From: Tubiluchus corallicola
Taxonomy: Eukaryota; Animalia; Priapulida
Assembly (NCBI GenBank): GCA_030141605.1
Contig: JAQGDQ010000059.1
Coordinates: forward strand, 558,001-622,000
Length of the DNA: 64,000 nt
Reading direction: 5' to 3'
The position numbers were made by a program, and so were the translations under genes. The notes beneath the pieces were generated by a model. It was not told where the DNA came from. It saw only the letters and a program-made list of their open reading frames with translations, and ran no database searches. Below, one piece after another: positions 28,401 to 38,805 of this stretch. How positions within the stretch are numbered: position 1 is the first letter of the stretch; each line of letters begins with the position of its first letter.

Positions 28401-31400
28401 CTATTAATTAGAAGAACATCCACACTCAATCCTCAATCATAATTACAAATGCATTCCTCTGGGTACCATATATTCATTATGACAATGAAGCAAGCTTAAA
28501 GGTGCCAGAACGGCTCCTAACATCTGTCTATCCTTATGGATGTAAGAATAGCTTTCTAATGTGTGTCGAATTGATGATTGTGGGCTGCTTATTTGAATTT
28601 TTCATAAACTGCAACGCCACTGGAGCCTATGCGCAATACAAACTCAATGGTGTTCGTTTCTCATCATGTCGAATTTGGGATAACCTGACAGTGCAAGTTC
28701 TACCTTCCAGGGCAATGTCAACGGCGCACAGCAACTGTACTGGGTAAGAGTACTCGTCGTGGTTTCTTAATTACAGTCTAACCACTTCAAATGAGCAGAC
28801 TTAGATCTGTGACACACTTGCACGTGTTATCCACAGCAAGTGAGCAGACTTAGATCCCTGGCAGACATAAATGTGTCTGATTGTGCAAGGAACATGAAGC
28901 TGCCAGACTGACAAAAAGAGAAAACACAAAAACAAACTTCCGGTGACCTAATCTCTTGGGGAATGCAAAAAGGTCGATACTGGAGATGTATACAATTGGA
29001 GTTTTGATCAAATAGTCTTATAGGTAAAACATATAGCTATAGCAATGCATTTTCATTGTAAAATCTGTGCAGATGAGAATCTAGCGGCTTTTCTAGTCTC
29101 TTTTATTTTTAGTGTCCTGACAAACTCCCCACAACTTGTCTCTGCCAGCCCCTTAAAGGAGGCCCTGCTATTGCAAGCGTCTGTGGCTGGCTGACTGACT
29201 GGCTAACTTACTGACTAACTCACTGTTTTTTTGTTTGATTTATTACTTTGTTTCAAACGTAGCAAAAAGACAACATAAATTACAATCAAAATTACACAGA
29301 AAATACAAAAAATAATGACAATAATAAATAAATAATAAAAGAACACACATGCACACAAATATAGCATCTAACATAAAGAGATCATCTAATATAAGAAAAG
29401 CAGTAGCCTTTAAGTATAGAGCCAAAACAAAATCTTGCGCCACATACATCTAATTTCGGAAGTAAATCTTGCATCACTTTCAACAATATTTTTACAATAA
29501 TAGTTATCACTTTGATCCATTCTAATATAAAAGCTGTACGAACATTTATGATGTATTACATCAAAATATCTTAGTGCTAAGGCAGGTTGTTATTAATCTC
29601 GCATTGAACACTGGTGTTATAGCACTACCCAAAAATTTTGCAGCCCGAAACATTGTGAGCCGCTTGTGTGAAATATTGTGAAATACTGATTGAATGACTG
29701 ACTGACTGACTGACTGACTGACTGACTGACTGACTGACTGACTGACTGACTGACTGACTGACTGACTGACTGACTGACTGACTGACTGACTGACTGACTG
29801 ACTGACTGACTGATTGTTACTGTAATTTTTTCCCACCTTGGTGAATCATTTAGTCCATTTTTCGTGTGCACATGATAGAAAAAAGTATTCGCAATTTTGG
29901 ATGGATGATGGAATGTAGGCCTGATTATACCAAATCACGGACATTCCTGCAGAAATACTTGCTCATAACGTATTACTTTTCGTAAAAAAGTGACATTCTT
30001 GTTACAAACGCTGCGATTTACTATGACTCCCTTATCGCCTACTAAAGTGTCAAAACGTGTTGAGTTACGTGAAAGAGTAAAGTCATAACATGTGAAAACC
30101 TTTAAACGCAGTTCTTTCTACGGCCAATAATTGGCGTTTTCGTGCCATTATTATTCAGGCAGAGTTGGAATTTGCATTCATAGGTGTCATATTATGCTGC
30201 GTTTCTGAATTCTGAACATCCCGTTCAAAGGAGATGAGAATAGCCTCAGTGATGTTTAACTTTTTGCGACGTTTACCACAACAAAAGAGCTAAGTGAAGA
30301 CGTGACAGCGTGTGGACAACGACAATGATGTTAAGTAAAAGTAACACGATAAGTGTATCTCAAGTTATTTAAATTAAACTAATCAAGCACAGTTGCAGTG
30401 CCTTTGAAAAGACCTTAAAAGCTGTAAAAGGTGGACATTTTTGTGCCTGGTAATAAAAAACTTCTATGCTCAAAATAGTTTATTGAAAGGAACTCTTTAT
30501 AACTAACACTAAATAAAATCTTTAGCAAAAAACGTTTCAAGTAGTCTTCTAATAAACAGATTCGTCAGTTGACATTGCTCGTTTGCCGCCTTTCCACATG
30601 AACGAGAATTAAAAGTTCCTCGCAATCCACTTGTTCGCAGTACGAAATTGTACTGCACAGCTTGCATTTCCTGTTAACGCCGTTAAATAGACACGTTTTT
30701 TCTCGCTTATTTAGTACCCGCTTTTATTTGACTATTTGCACATAAGATTGTACAGGAATTGAGGATTTACAGCTACTACAGATATTTCAAAAGCTAAATC
30801 AGCAAATCAGCATGATCAAAATAACGGTAAATGTTGCAAAATTTGACTTCCAAAAGTACACAATTGGTAATTTTGTCAGCTACTGTATCTGCGTAATCAT
30901 CGGACCCCTTCATTGCAGCAATTTCTCGACTAGCCAAAGAGTGAATCTGGAAGAAATTTTTCGACTCCCCGAATTTATGTTGGCACAAACAAGAGCGTAC
31001 ATGGGCAAATAATTTTTATTCACAAGATTGTCCGCCGGTTATCAGAAGGTAATTTTGAGCCACCAGAAAGTATTTTACAAATCACAGCGACTATTAATAA
31101 AAATCGTCTTGATCGCATTTTATTAAAACAGCCAAGATATCCAATTCAGTCTTGAATTTTTTTAATACAATAGCGACAGAAATTTCCCGTTACACAGTTG
31201 ACGAGTTGCAGCAAGTGGAGAAAATGGTATCAAATGTGAAAAAAGAGATCTGCGCTATCTAATATTAACAAAATAACACTAGTGGTGAAGAGCATGTACA
31301 AACTAAATTTTTCTTGCCCTCTATGTAGACCTAAAACATTTGCAACTAGGCAATAAACACCTTATCACCGTCACGTGAGGTTTAGATTTTGAAAATAAAA

Positions 31401-34400
31401 TAATAAATTTATTCGGCATCATCATTTTAATTAAACAAACACTTTGCAAACCTTTCTAAATTGTATATGCATTTTTGCAACAAAACTTGTCTGATCTTTT
31501 TGTTTCTTTGCTCGAAATCGACTTTTCTCCGAAACTGAAAAGCTTTATGAGATCAGACAAGTAAAGATTCGAAATTGAAACACGTGCAAATTATGTAAGT
31601 CTGTAAGCCGATAACCAACACAGCTTTGCACTTTGTAAAACATTTATTTTTCACATTGAATTTTTCTGGCAGCCACTATACACGCAGATACCACGTTAAA
31701 TCGTGCGTATTTAACAACAAAATTTTATATACGATTTTATATAAAATCAGAAATTATAGCAAAGATAGAGGCATAAACACTTGTCGTTATGTTGTTGTAA
31801 CACATAGTAAGAGTTCTTTATTTTGCGTAAATGTAGATAGCAGACATAAGTTTCTTTATAGTGTAATTTTCTTTATACAGAGTAATAACGTTTTCTTCCC
31901 TTCTTTTTCTTTAAAGGAAAGGCGGTTAGGCTTATTTAGAGGACAGATAGATAAAATCTTTATTTGCAAGAAGATAAAATCTTTACTTTTCGTGGGCATA
32001 TATCAATGTTCGCGAAAAATGCTAGAAGGATATTATAACAGAACTGCAATAAGCACCTTGTGTACCTAGTAAAATCACTTTTAAAGTCGCGATCACTTCA
32101 TGCTTGGGCCTCCCATTTTCAATGCCCATTCGTCTTGCAATGGGCGTCATTCGTCTTGAAGAAAAGTATCGCATTGTCAGTCTCCACCGAAAGTCTAATA
32201 AGTTTTTGCAAAAAATTGGATAGGTAATTTTTGTAATATTTTTGCGTGAACATTAAGTGAACTGCAGAAGTTCGAATTAGTTTAAGCAACGCGAGCTTAC
32301 GGAAAGCCACGAAGTCTTCCAATTACGTCACGATTTTCGTGTGAACGGCGGCAGCCACCATACCTGATAATTTCTATTCAGAGGAAGTATATTTTAAATT
32401 TATGCTTTATAGGTAATTTTTGCAAATGTTTCTATTACATTCTTCTAAGTTTAAGTGATAACAGTAAAATATACTCAACTTACTGAGCGACTGGTTCTTT
32501 ATTTTAATATAATATTCCGAATATAGTGTATACATGTATTCTTTCGATTATGATGTCATAAAATTAGAAGAACAGTGAACAGGAGTCGAACCTTTTCCTA
32601 CCCGGACTGCCAGTCTACTTTCCCCAAATTTACAAATTTTTAGCCTGGGTCAGCACCTGAATAAGTTATTATAATGACTAAACGTAATATATATAATGTT
32701 TAGGTTAATATAATGTTAATATAATATAGATGTAGGCCTATATAATGTTATCATAATGAGTAAGGCGAAGAAAGCAACGGAAACGTTTTGCCGCCAACAA
32801 GTATTCAAACTAGACCTTTTTCTGTATCAATGTCATTACATTAACTTCAGCCTGTGCTTGTGTTTAGCGACCGCAGTTAAGAATGGAGACGAGGTGTTAC
32901 TGTATGGATGTCTGATTCTAGGTTCGATGCTCGCTTTGCCAGGTTTCAAAGTAAACAACCAGAATTGGAATCATACTGATTTTGGCTGTTTACTCCGCAG
33001 GCAGCGGATGAATTCACTTTCGAATGTAGTTAAAACACTTTCAAAGGCTAAATGTGTCATCTTATAAACTTGATAATAAACCAGATTCCGGTCTCGACCA
33101 ACCATCAACATTATGTAGGTGTTGCATTGGAATAACAGGTTCCGGCACGTGTTCCGGCTTACAGTGCGCCGAATTGCATTAAAAACACAAAGAATGTAAA
33201 CAGTTTCTTGCACTACTTTTTAGCATAGTCTATTTTCGTCCAAATTTGTGACTTTTCAATAGCAATGTCTAACAAACAAACATAATTATGCGAAACCCCA
33301 CACCTTAGTCATTCAATTGGTCTTACATAATCATTATATCATATGTTATATCAGTGGTTGACTGTTATGACAATTATGACAATCATGATTATGACAGAAA
33401 AGAGATGTTACCCGACATGTATGCAGCAAAAATTGCAAAAAACATGGTAAAAATACAAAAATAACAATATGCATGAAATTACTACACAGCAATGACAGTA
33501 CTATGGCTAGACTAACAGAAGCTCAATTTAAAGAGTGCTGTGATTTGCCTATTTTGACTTTCAAGCTGTCCATCTTTGGCAAGGATCCATCCATCCGCTT
33601 CCCGTTTTGCTTGCACTCACCCTAAATACGGTGTGACTACTATGTTTGTCTCAGAATCCGAATTAATATTATTTAATTTACAATAATTAATCAAGTAATA
33701 ACTCACAATAAAAGAGTGAGTATGGACACAAAAAATGACTCTTCTTTGTCACAGAAGGTTTCAGACATTGAAATGTACCATAAACTTGTTCTAAGACATT
33801 CTACCAATTTAACTCACAAACAGACGGACGGACAGATAAACAGACAGGCAGACAGAGAAACAGACAGACAAATAGATATCTCGGAAAGTTATTTAATGAT
33901 AATTCTGCATGAACAAGCTTTCAAAAATCTTTAGAAATGCTAGTTTCATGAACAATAATATAAAGACATTGTTTGCCACTCAATTTGGACAGAAATAATA
34001 TTAAGTCATATTACATAAGCAAAAACTGCGTAATATTCTTTCATAAGTTTAAAACATTAACAATATCACATTAACAGTATTAACAAACATTAACAATATT
34101 AGCAAACATTAACAATGTTCTTAATGTTTTTGACGTTTCGGAGTTGATTGTTTAATGCCATCATTTAGCGTAAAATATGAAATGAGCTTTTAGGAATAAT
34201 TTTCGTATAATACAGATGGCTTAAAGTGAATGGTAAAATTACGTGAAACGATCGGAAACGAAAAAAGTGAAGCGAAAAAACAAATGAAGATTTCTTAAAA
34301 CATGCAAAAAAGTGTTTCAATCGATACCTACCGATAAATCCGATGTGTCTGTCAATGGCTCTGTCAAGACACATACGGCAAGTATAGACATTAACAAAGC

Positions 34401-34430
34401 AAAAATCCAAATTTGCACTTCTGTTTTCAT
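15710..34430 (-). CDS. AstC: Allatostatin-C (somatostatin-type) neuropeptide precursor, 3 exons, 97 aa
   Basis: Exons 34332-34430 (MKTEVQIWIFALLMSILAVCVLTEPLTDTSDLS, signal-peptide-like, donor GTAGGT, phase 0), 17590-17689 (EDDLNILRALMMRRAGLLEFVKPDPTDLDKRGA, acceptor tttcag, donor GTAAAA, phase 1) and 15710-15804 (acceptor ttccag; GNGYHIKCMFNAVACYRKKRDIEAALQNTFH*). Predicted mature peptide KR-GAGNGYHIKCMFNAVACY-RKKR has the C-x6-C ring with FNAV typical of AstC-family peptides. Exons 2-3 are firm; exon 1 is joined by phase, donor and signal-peptide logic. Confidence 0.88.
17991..18195 (+). mobile_element. 5'-truncated copy of a tRNA-derived SINE
   Basis: Near-identical reverse complement of 18463-18665; ends in AATAAA plus a (TGT)n-like tail. 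Confidence 0.7.
18463..18757 (-). mobile_element. Near full-length tRNA(Gly-like)-derived SINE
   Basis: Minus-strand head gctttggaaTAGCTCAGAGGtttagcgtgcttgctttccatgctggaggttctGGATTCTGTTCC has an A box, a TCC-like loop and a degenerate B box. Body and tail are shared with 17991-18195. Confidence 0.65.
19803..19925. repeat. (AAT)n/(AAC)n microsatellite
   Basis: Visible directly in the sequence. Confidence 0.97.
22686..22728. repeat. (TA)n(TG)n microsatellite
   Basis: Visible directly in the sequence. Confidence 0.9.
24420..24805. mobile_element. ~370-bp interspersed repeat, copy 2 (AstC intron 1), inverted relative to copy 1
   Basis: Reverse-complement alignment to 3730-4100. Confidence 0.75.
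25335..25451. repeat. Compound (CCTGT)n/(CCCTG)n/(CCTG)n microsatellite
   Basis: Visible directly in the sequence. Confidence 0.92.
26417..26523. repeat. Degenerate (GAT)n microsatellite
   Basis: Visible directly in the sequence. Confidence 0.9.
29695..29813. repeat. Perfect (TGAC)n tetranucleotide microsatellite
   Basis: Visible directly in the sequence. Confidence 0.97.
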
Positions 34431-34480
34431 GTTTATAATAAAGCTGATTCGACGTCTCTTGACAAATGGCTAATGTGACT

Positions 34481-34578
34481 CTTTTATAATTCTGTTTCAG
34501 TTTCGCCGAAAGATTGAGGAAGCTGTCTGCTACATATAAATTTATTAGCAAGCAGATCACGTGACACAAGTAACCAAT
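34481..34578 (-). promoter_or_regulatory. Putative AstC core/proximal promoter
   Basis: TATAAAAG on the minus strand at 34481-34488, ~50 nt upstream of the ATG; palindromic E-box GTCACGTGA at 34557-34565; CCAAT box at 34574-34578. Confidence 0.45.
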
Positions 34579-34967
34579 CAGGTGTTAGTGCGCTGGTCGC
34601 ATGATAACAGAGTTGCAAGAAGCCGTAAAACATATTTAGCATAAGAGACACTACCTGGACGACCACGCAACTTCTACACCCTCGTTGTAGGCACTGAGGT
34701 GCGAAATAATTGTGAGCCCAAGTGAGAGGCAGTAATTGGTGACATCTGTATTCACAAGCACAGAATTTGTTGACATGAAAAATAAGAATGTGCACATTCG
34801 TCTACGTAGTGTTTCACCTTTTAAGTTTACGAAATAAAAACGTCTACACTTTAGTGAAATTTCTTTTGGGTGCAAATTCTTCAAAAGTTATCATTCGTTC
34901 ACAGTCAGCTCTTTAGTAACTAGTACTATCTACAGCAAAAAATATAAAATTTGCTTATAAAACGTAA

Positions 34968-35184
34968 AGCAACAGCAACAACAACAACGACAACAACAAC
35001 GACAGCAGCAGCAACAACAACAATAATAACAACAGCAACTGCAATAATAACAGTACAACAACAATAACAACAGCAACAACACAACAACAACAACAACAGC
35101 AGCAGCAGCAGCAACAGTAACAGTAACAGCAACAGCAGCAACAACAATGACAGCAACAGCAACAACAACAATAACAACAACAAA
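34968..35184. repeat. Compound (CAA)n/(CAG)n/(TAA)n microsatellite
   Basis: Visible directly; it produces the low-complexity ORFs 34926-35187. Confidence 0.95.
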
Positions 35185-37261
35185 CATTGGTTCTAGAAAT
35201 CGAAAACTTTCAAATTAGCAGTTTTTAGAACCACGAGGGGAACCTACTAACATATAAAAACAGCCCCAGAAGCCAAGCCAAGGAAAGACACTCAATGCGA
35301 GGAGTGGCTAACACACAAGAAACTAATAAAATTCGTTTTCGCTCAATTCAGGTTTATTAAAAGAATGGTTCGAATTACAGTTCTCAAAGAGTGCAGAAGT
35401 GCAATCTAAATTTTTTACTTTTTGGGCAGACAGTTTAAAAAATGTAACTTTCACGAAATTTCAGAATCGAAACTCTTGATACCAAAGAGCAATCACCCTA
35501 AGATGTTGTCTATATGTTGAGATAAAAAGAGAGAGTGCAGATACAAACGTTGTAAGATTATTTTGATACGTGACTCGAATAGCCTATAGTGTTTCGTGTT
35601 CACAAACGCACTAATGTTGGTGCAATTGCTTCGCTTGTGATGGACAATGTTGAACTGAGTTGTTGAGAATATCATCAAGGCTTCATTTTTATATTTTTGT
35701 ACATCTACGCACATCATTTCTTGACCCTACAGTTTTATCACGTTGAACGTGATCAGCTTTCGCGCAGGTCTCTGTCTTGCAACGAAGAGATAAGCCTCTC
35801 GACATTTTTTAGGGATCTTGAATGGTAGGCCTAAGTTGCAACTTGCCATTTACAACTATTGACGCTTGTACGTAACCGATAGTTGCGTATAACTAAGCCT
35901 CACGCTAGGATCTTATGTGATTAATCATAAATTCTCAAAACCCTGGTCTATAAAAGCCCACTTTATATTTTGACAATTCACTTATTCGCATTCGCAGTTT
36001 GTAGATTTGCAATAATTAATCATTTGCATTTTCAGTTTAAGAATACATTTGCCAGATTATGTCTGAAGTGTCCTTTACAAATCTACAAATCTACACAAAT
36101 TCTCACAGCATTTTGTTTTCGTGTAAACACAATTCCAATACGATTTCCTATTAACACATTTTCAATACGTTTTCGAACAAATGGTCATAATTTAAGAGGA
36201 GAAACATGTATGTAAGCGCAAACTGCATAGCTCTGTTTTAGTACGTAAGCTTATGTAGACTGTTTCAGTGACAATGTACAGTGTAGTAAAAGTTTTCCAG
36301 TAAAGTACACCGATTCAATGTACATATACGAAATGTGTGTTTTATTTGAGCGTTTTAAGAAAAAGATCGTATACTTAATAGCTACTCCTATTATCACTTT
36401 AAGTCAGTGATGAAATCATTTCCGCCTCACTCAAAACGTAATGTGGTTTGTTCAGAGTTCAAGTAGCAATTATTGCTCATTGCAAGTTGCAACAAATTGC
36501 GACAACAAAATCGCTTGTTATTAAATACTGCAACTGTAAAATAAATTCAGCAGCTGAGAAATTTCTCTTGGAAAGCAACAGGTTTAGCCTCCATAAAGTT
36601 TATATTAGATATCTAGTAAACCTGGCAGAACTGAGCAAATATACTCGCTTCAGTCATAATAACATATTAACTTTCTCTCAAGTAAACTCGGTGAGTATTA
36701 TGTAGTGCTTGTTTATTTTTTGTTTTTAAGAGCGTTAAAGGCGCGCTACTTCTTTTCCTTTTTTTATTCGTCTGCTTTTTCTTTTGTCCACCCGTCAGTT
36801 ATTTTGGTTATACTTTTGTTCACTGATTTATTTATTTATTTACTTATAGTTATTTGACTGTATATTTGTTCACTTATATGTTATTTCTTCATTCTCTCAT
36901 TTATTCGTATCCATTATATTAGCTTAAATAGAGATTTGGAAACGATTGATTTAAAAACCAAAATTAGACCTGAGACAGTGATTCCACGGAGAATATTTGA
37001 AAATAGGCTTGAACTGCTAATGCGAGGTTATGGACCATATAAAACCTTTTATCCAGAGTCTTTTTGCTTGAATATAACTGAATCACATAATATAAGTTCC
37101 TGGTTGTGGATGTAACTTTGTGGATATTTTGCTGAATGATTCACAAACTACACAGATTTCTCACAGGCAGGCGTTCTAAGTTATCAAGTGAAACTTATGG
37201 TTAACTTATGTCTAGCTAGTTGAATTTAGTAGTATATACACGAATATATACGGCTGGACTG

Positions 37262-38206
37262 GACGGGTGTAGGTCACGGGGCCACCAGTCAAAGGACCAC
37301 AGATCGAGGGACCAAATGAAAATTGACAGACCACGCGAATACCAACTGAAAAACCAATTGAGATACATTTTACTTTGCATTAAGATAGTTATATTAACTG
37401 CAGAGGCTAAACTGTAAAGTTCTGCATTATATATCAGTTCCTCAAATACTTTTTTATGCATTGAATAATTCGACGGTGCTGAAAATTAAGAACAAACAAA
37501 AATGAAAAATAAAATTTACCCTTTTGAATTTTCTTCAAATATTTAAAAAAAATTAACTTTGACCTTATTACGTTTCATAATTCGGAAATATTATCTTACA
37601 TTTCAGATGCATTATATTGACAATGGTTACCAGCTAAACGAACCATCTAATTTTAATGAAGGTACATATTACTTGCTGCTACGAGACATTTAACTGGAAA
37701 ATACTCATTAAAAAATAAGTATCTATTTTTGTAACTTGGAGCTCAGGAGTATTTAAGGCAACAACGTTCACATTTGATATATAACTCATAACAACTAATT
37801 TCTGTAATCAGTAGAAGAAAGAAATACAGTAGTACATAGCATAGTTTGTTTTTATAAGAAAGGTACACCTGCAAGAACTTTTGATTGCAGTGCTGTGGTT
37901 GCAATGATTGCATTATTCCGGAACCTAGACACTAACAGACACAAATTAAGGTCAGACACAAAGAGTAACATGTTTAACTCCTTCCTTGCAACAACCGGCA
38001 AACATTAAAACACTTCCCAATGACGACAAATGACTCGTTTGTCTTCTGTTTAAATATGTCTATAAGTAAGTTTGCGTAAATACCAAACGTATGAAAAGCT
38101 AGCGACGACTATAAAGTAAGCACCAGGTTCTTTCACTGGTAGTCCATTGTCTGGTGGCCCATTGACTTGTGGTCCTTTCTCTGGTGGTCCTTTGACCGCC
38201 CACCGC
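37262..38206. mobile_element. Non-autonomous DNA transposon with inverted ends built of ~15-bp subrepeats (foldback/MULE-like)
   Basis: Left end ...ggtcacggggccaccagtcaaaggaccacag... is inverted with right end ...ctggtggcccattgacttgtggtcctttctctggtggtcctttgaccg; the interior is AT-rich and non-coding. Confidence 0.6.
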
Positions 38207-38805
38207 ACTAGACACGGCTGTAAATTTTAGCCCGATATTGCGCTTGCTGCCTATGAATTAACTTATCCTTCTGACGACATAAAATTATTGTAAGAAGAAA
38301 GGATTAACGTAACTTAGCGCAGTTATCGAAAAGAAATGTAGCACGATTATCCACCATTAAGTAAACAATACAATGAAAAATAGTTTAGTTTCCAAATAAG
38401 GCATTTATTGGGTCTACGGCTATATACACTGTACAGGCAATTATTTTTCTTTAAAAGAACTCGCGTACAATCAAATACATAAAAATATAAAAATACTTTA
38501 CAGTGTCATATTAATAACTTATTTACAAATAAAAATAGCGTAATAGATTTTGGTATGCTCTACTGCAAGTCACATAATCTTTGTCATAATCTGACATTCT
38601 ACATGTATTCAAGGGCTACATTATTCATGTTTATAAATTATTACGAACTAATACATTATGTAGATAGAGCTTATTATTAATAGTTACTAACATTATTCAC
38701 GTTATTACTAACATATGATATTGAAAAATTTGAAAGTGTTTATTTTGCAAGATTGTTTTTAGCAGCGTTACACAAGCAAAGGAAAAGTTTTTTACCAGAG
38801 CTTGG

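Noticed and set aside
28792-28856. Two 16-bp direct repeats tgagcagacttagatc (CRISPR-like spacing)
   Set aside because: Only two units, eukaryotic context and no cas genes; a simple local duplication.
29561-29871. SQSV-repeat ORFs
   Set aside because: Translation of the (TGAC)n microsatellite.
34656-34745. Exon-like segment (cag...cag|gtag) upstream of the AstC ATG
   Set aside because: No meaningful protein in any frame, and it lies upstream of the proposed promoter motifs; a non-coding exon cannot be excluded but is unsupported.
34926-35187. Poly-Leu/Val/Cys ORFs and potential polyQ
   Set aside because: CAA/CAG microsatellite with interspersed stops on the plus strand and no splice context.
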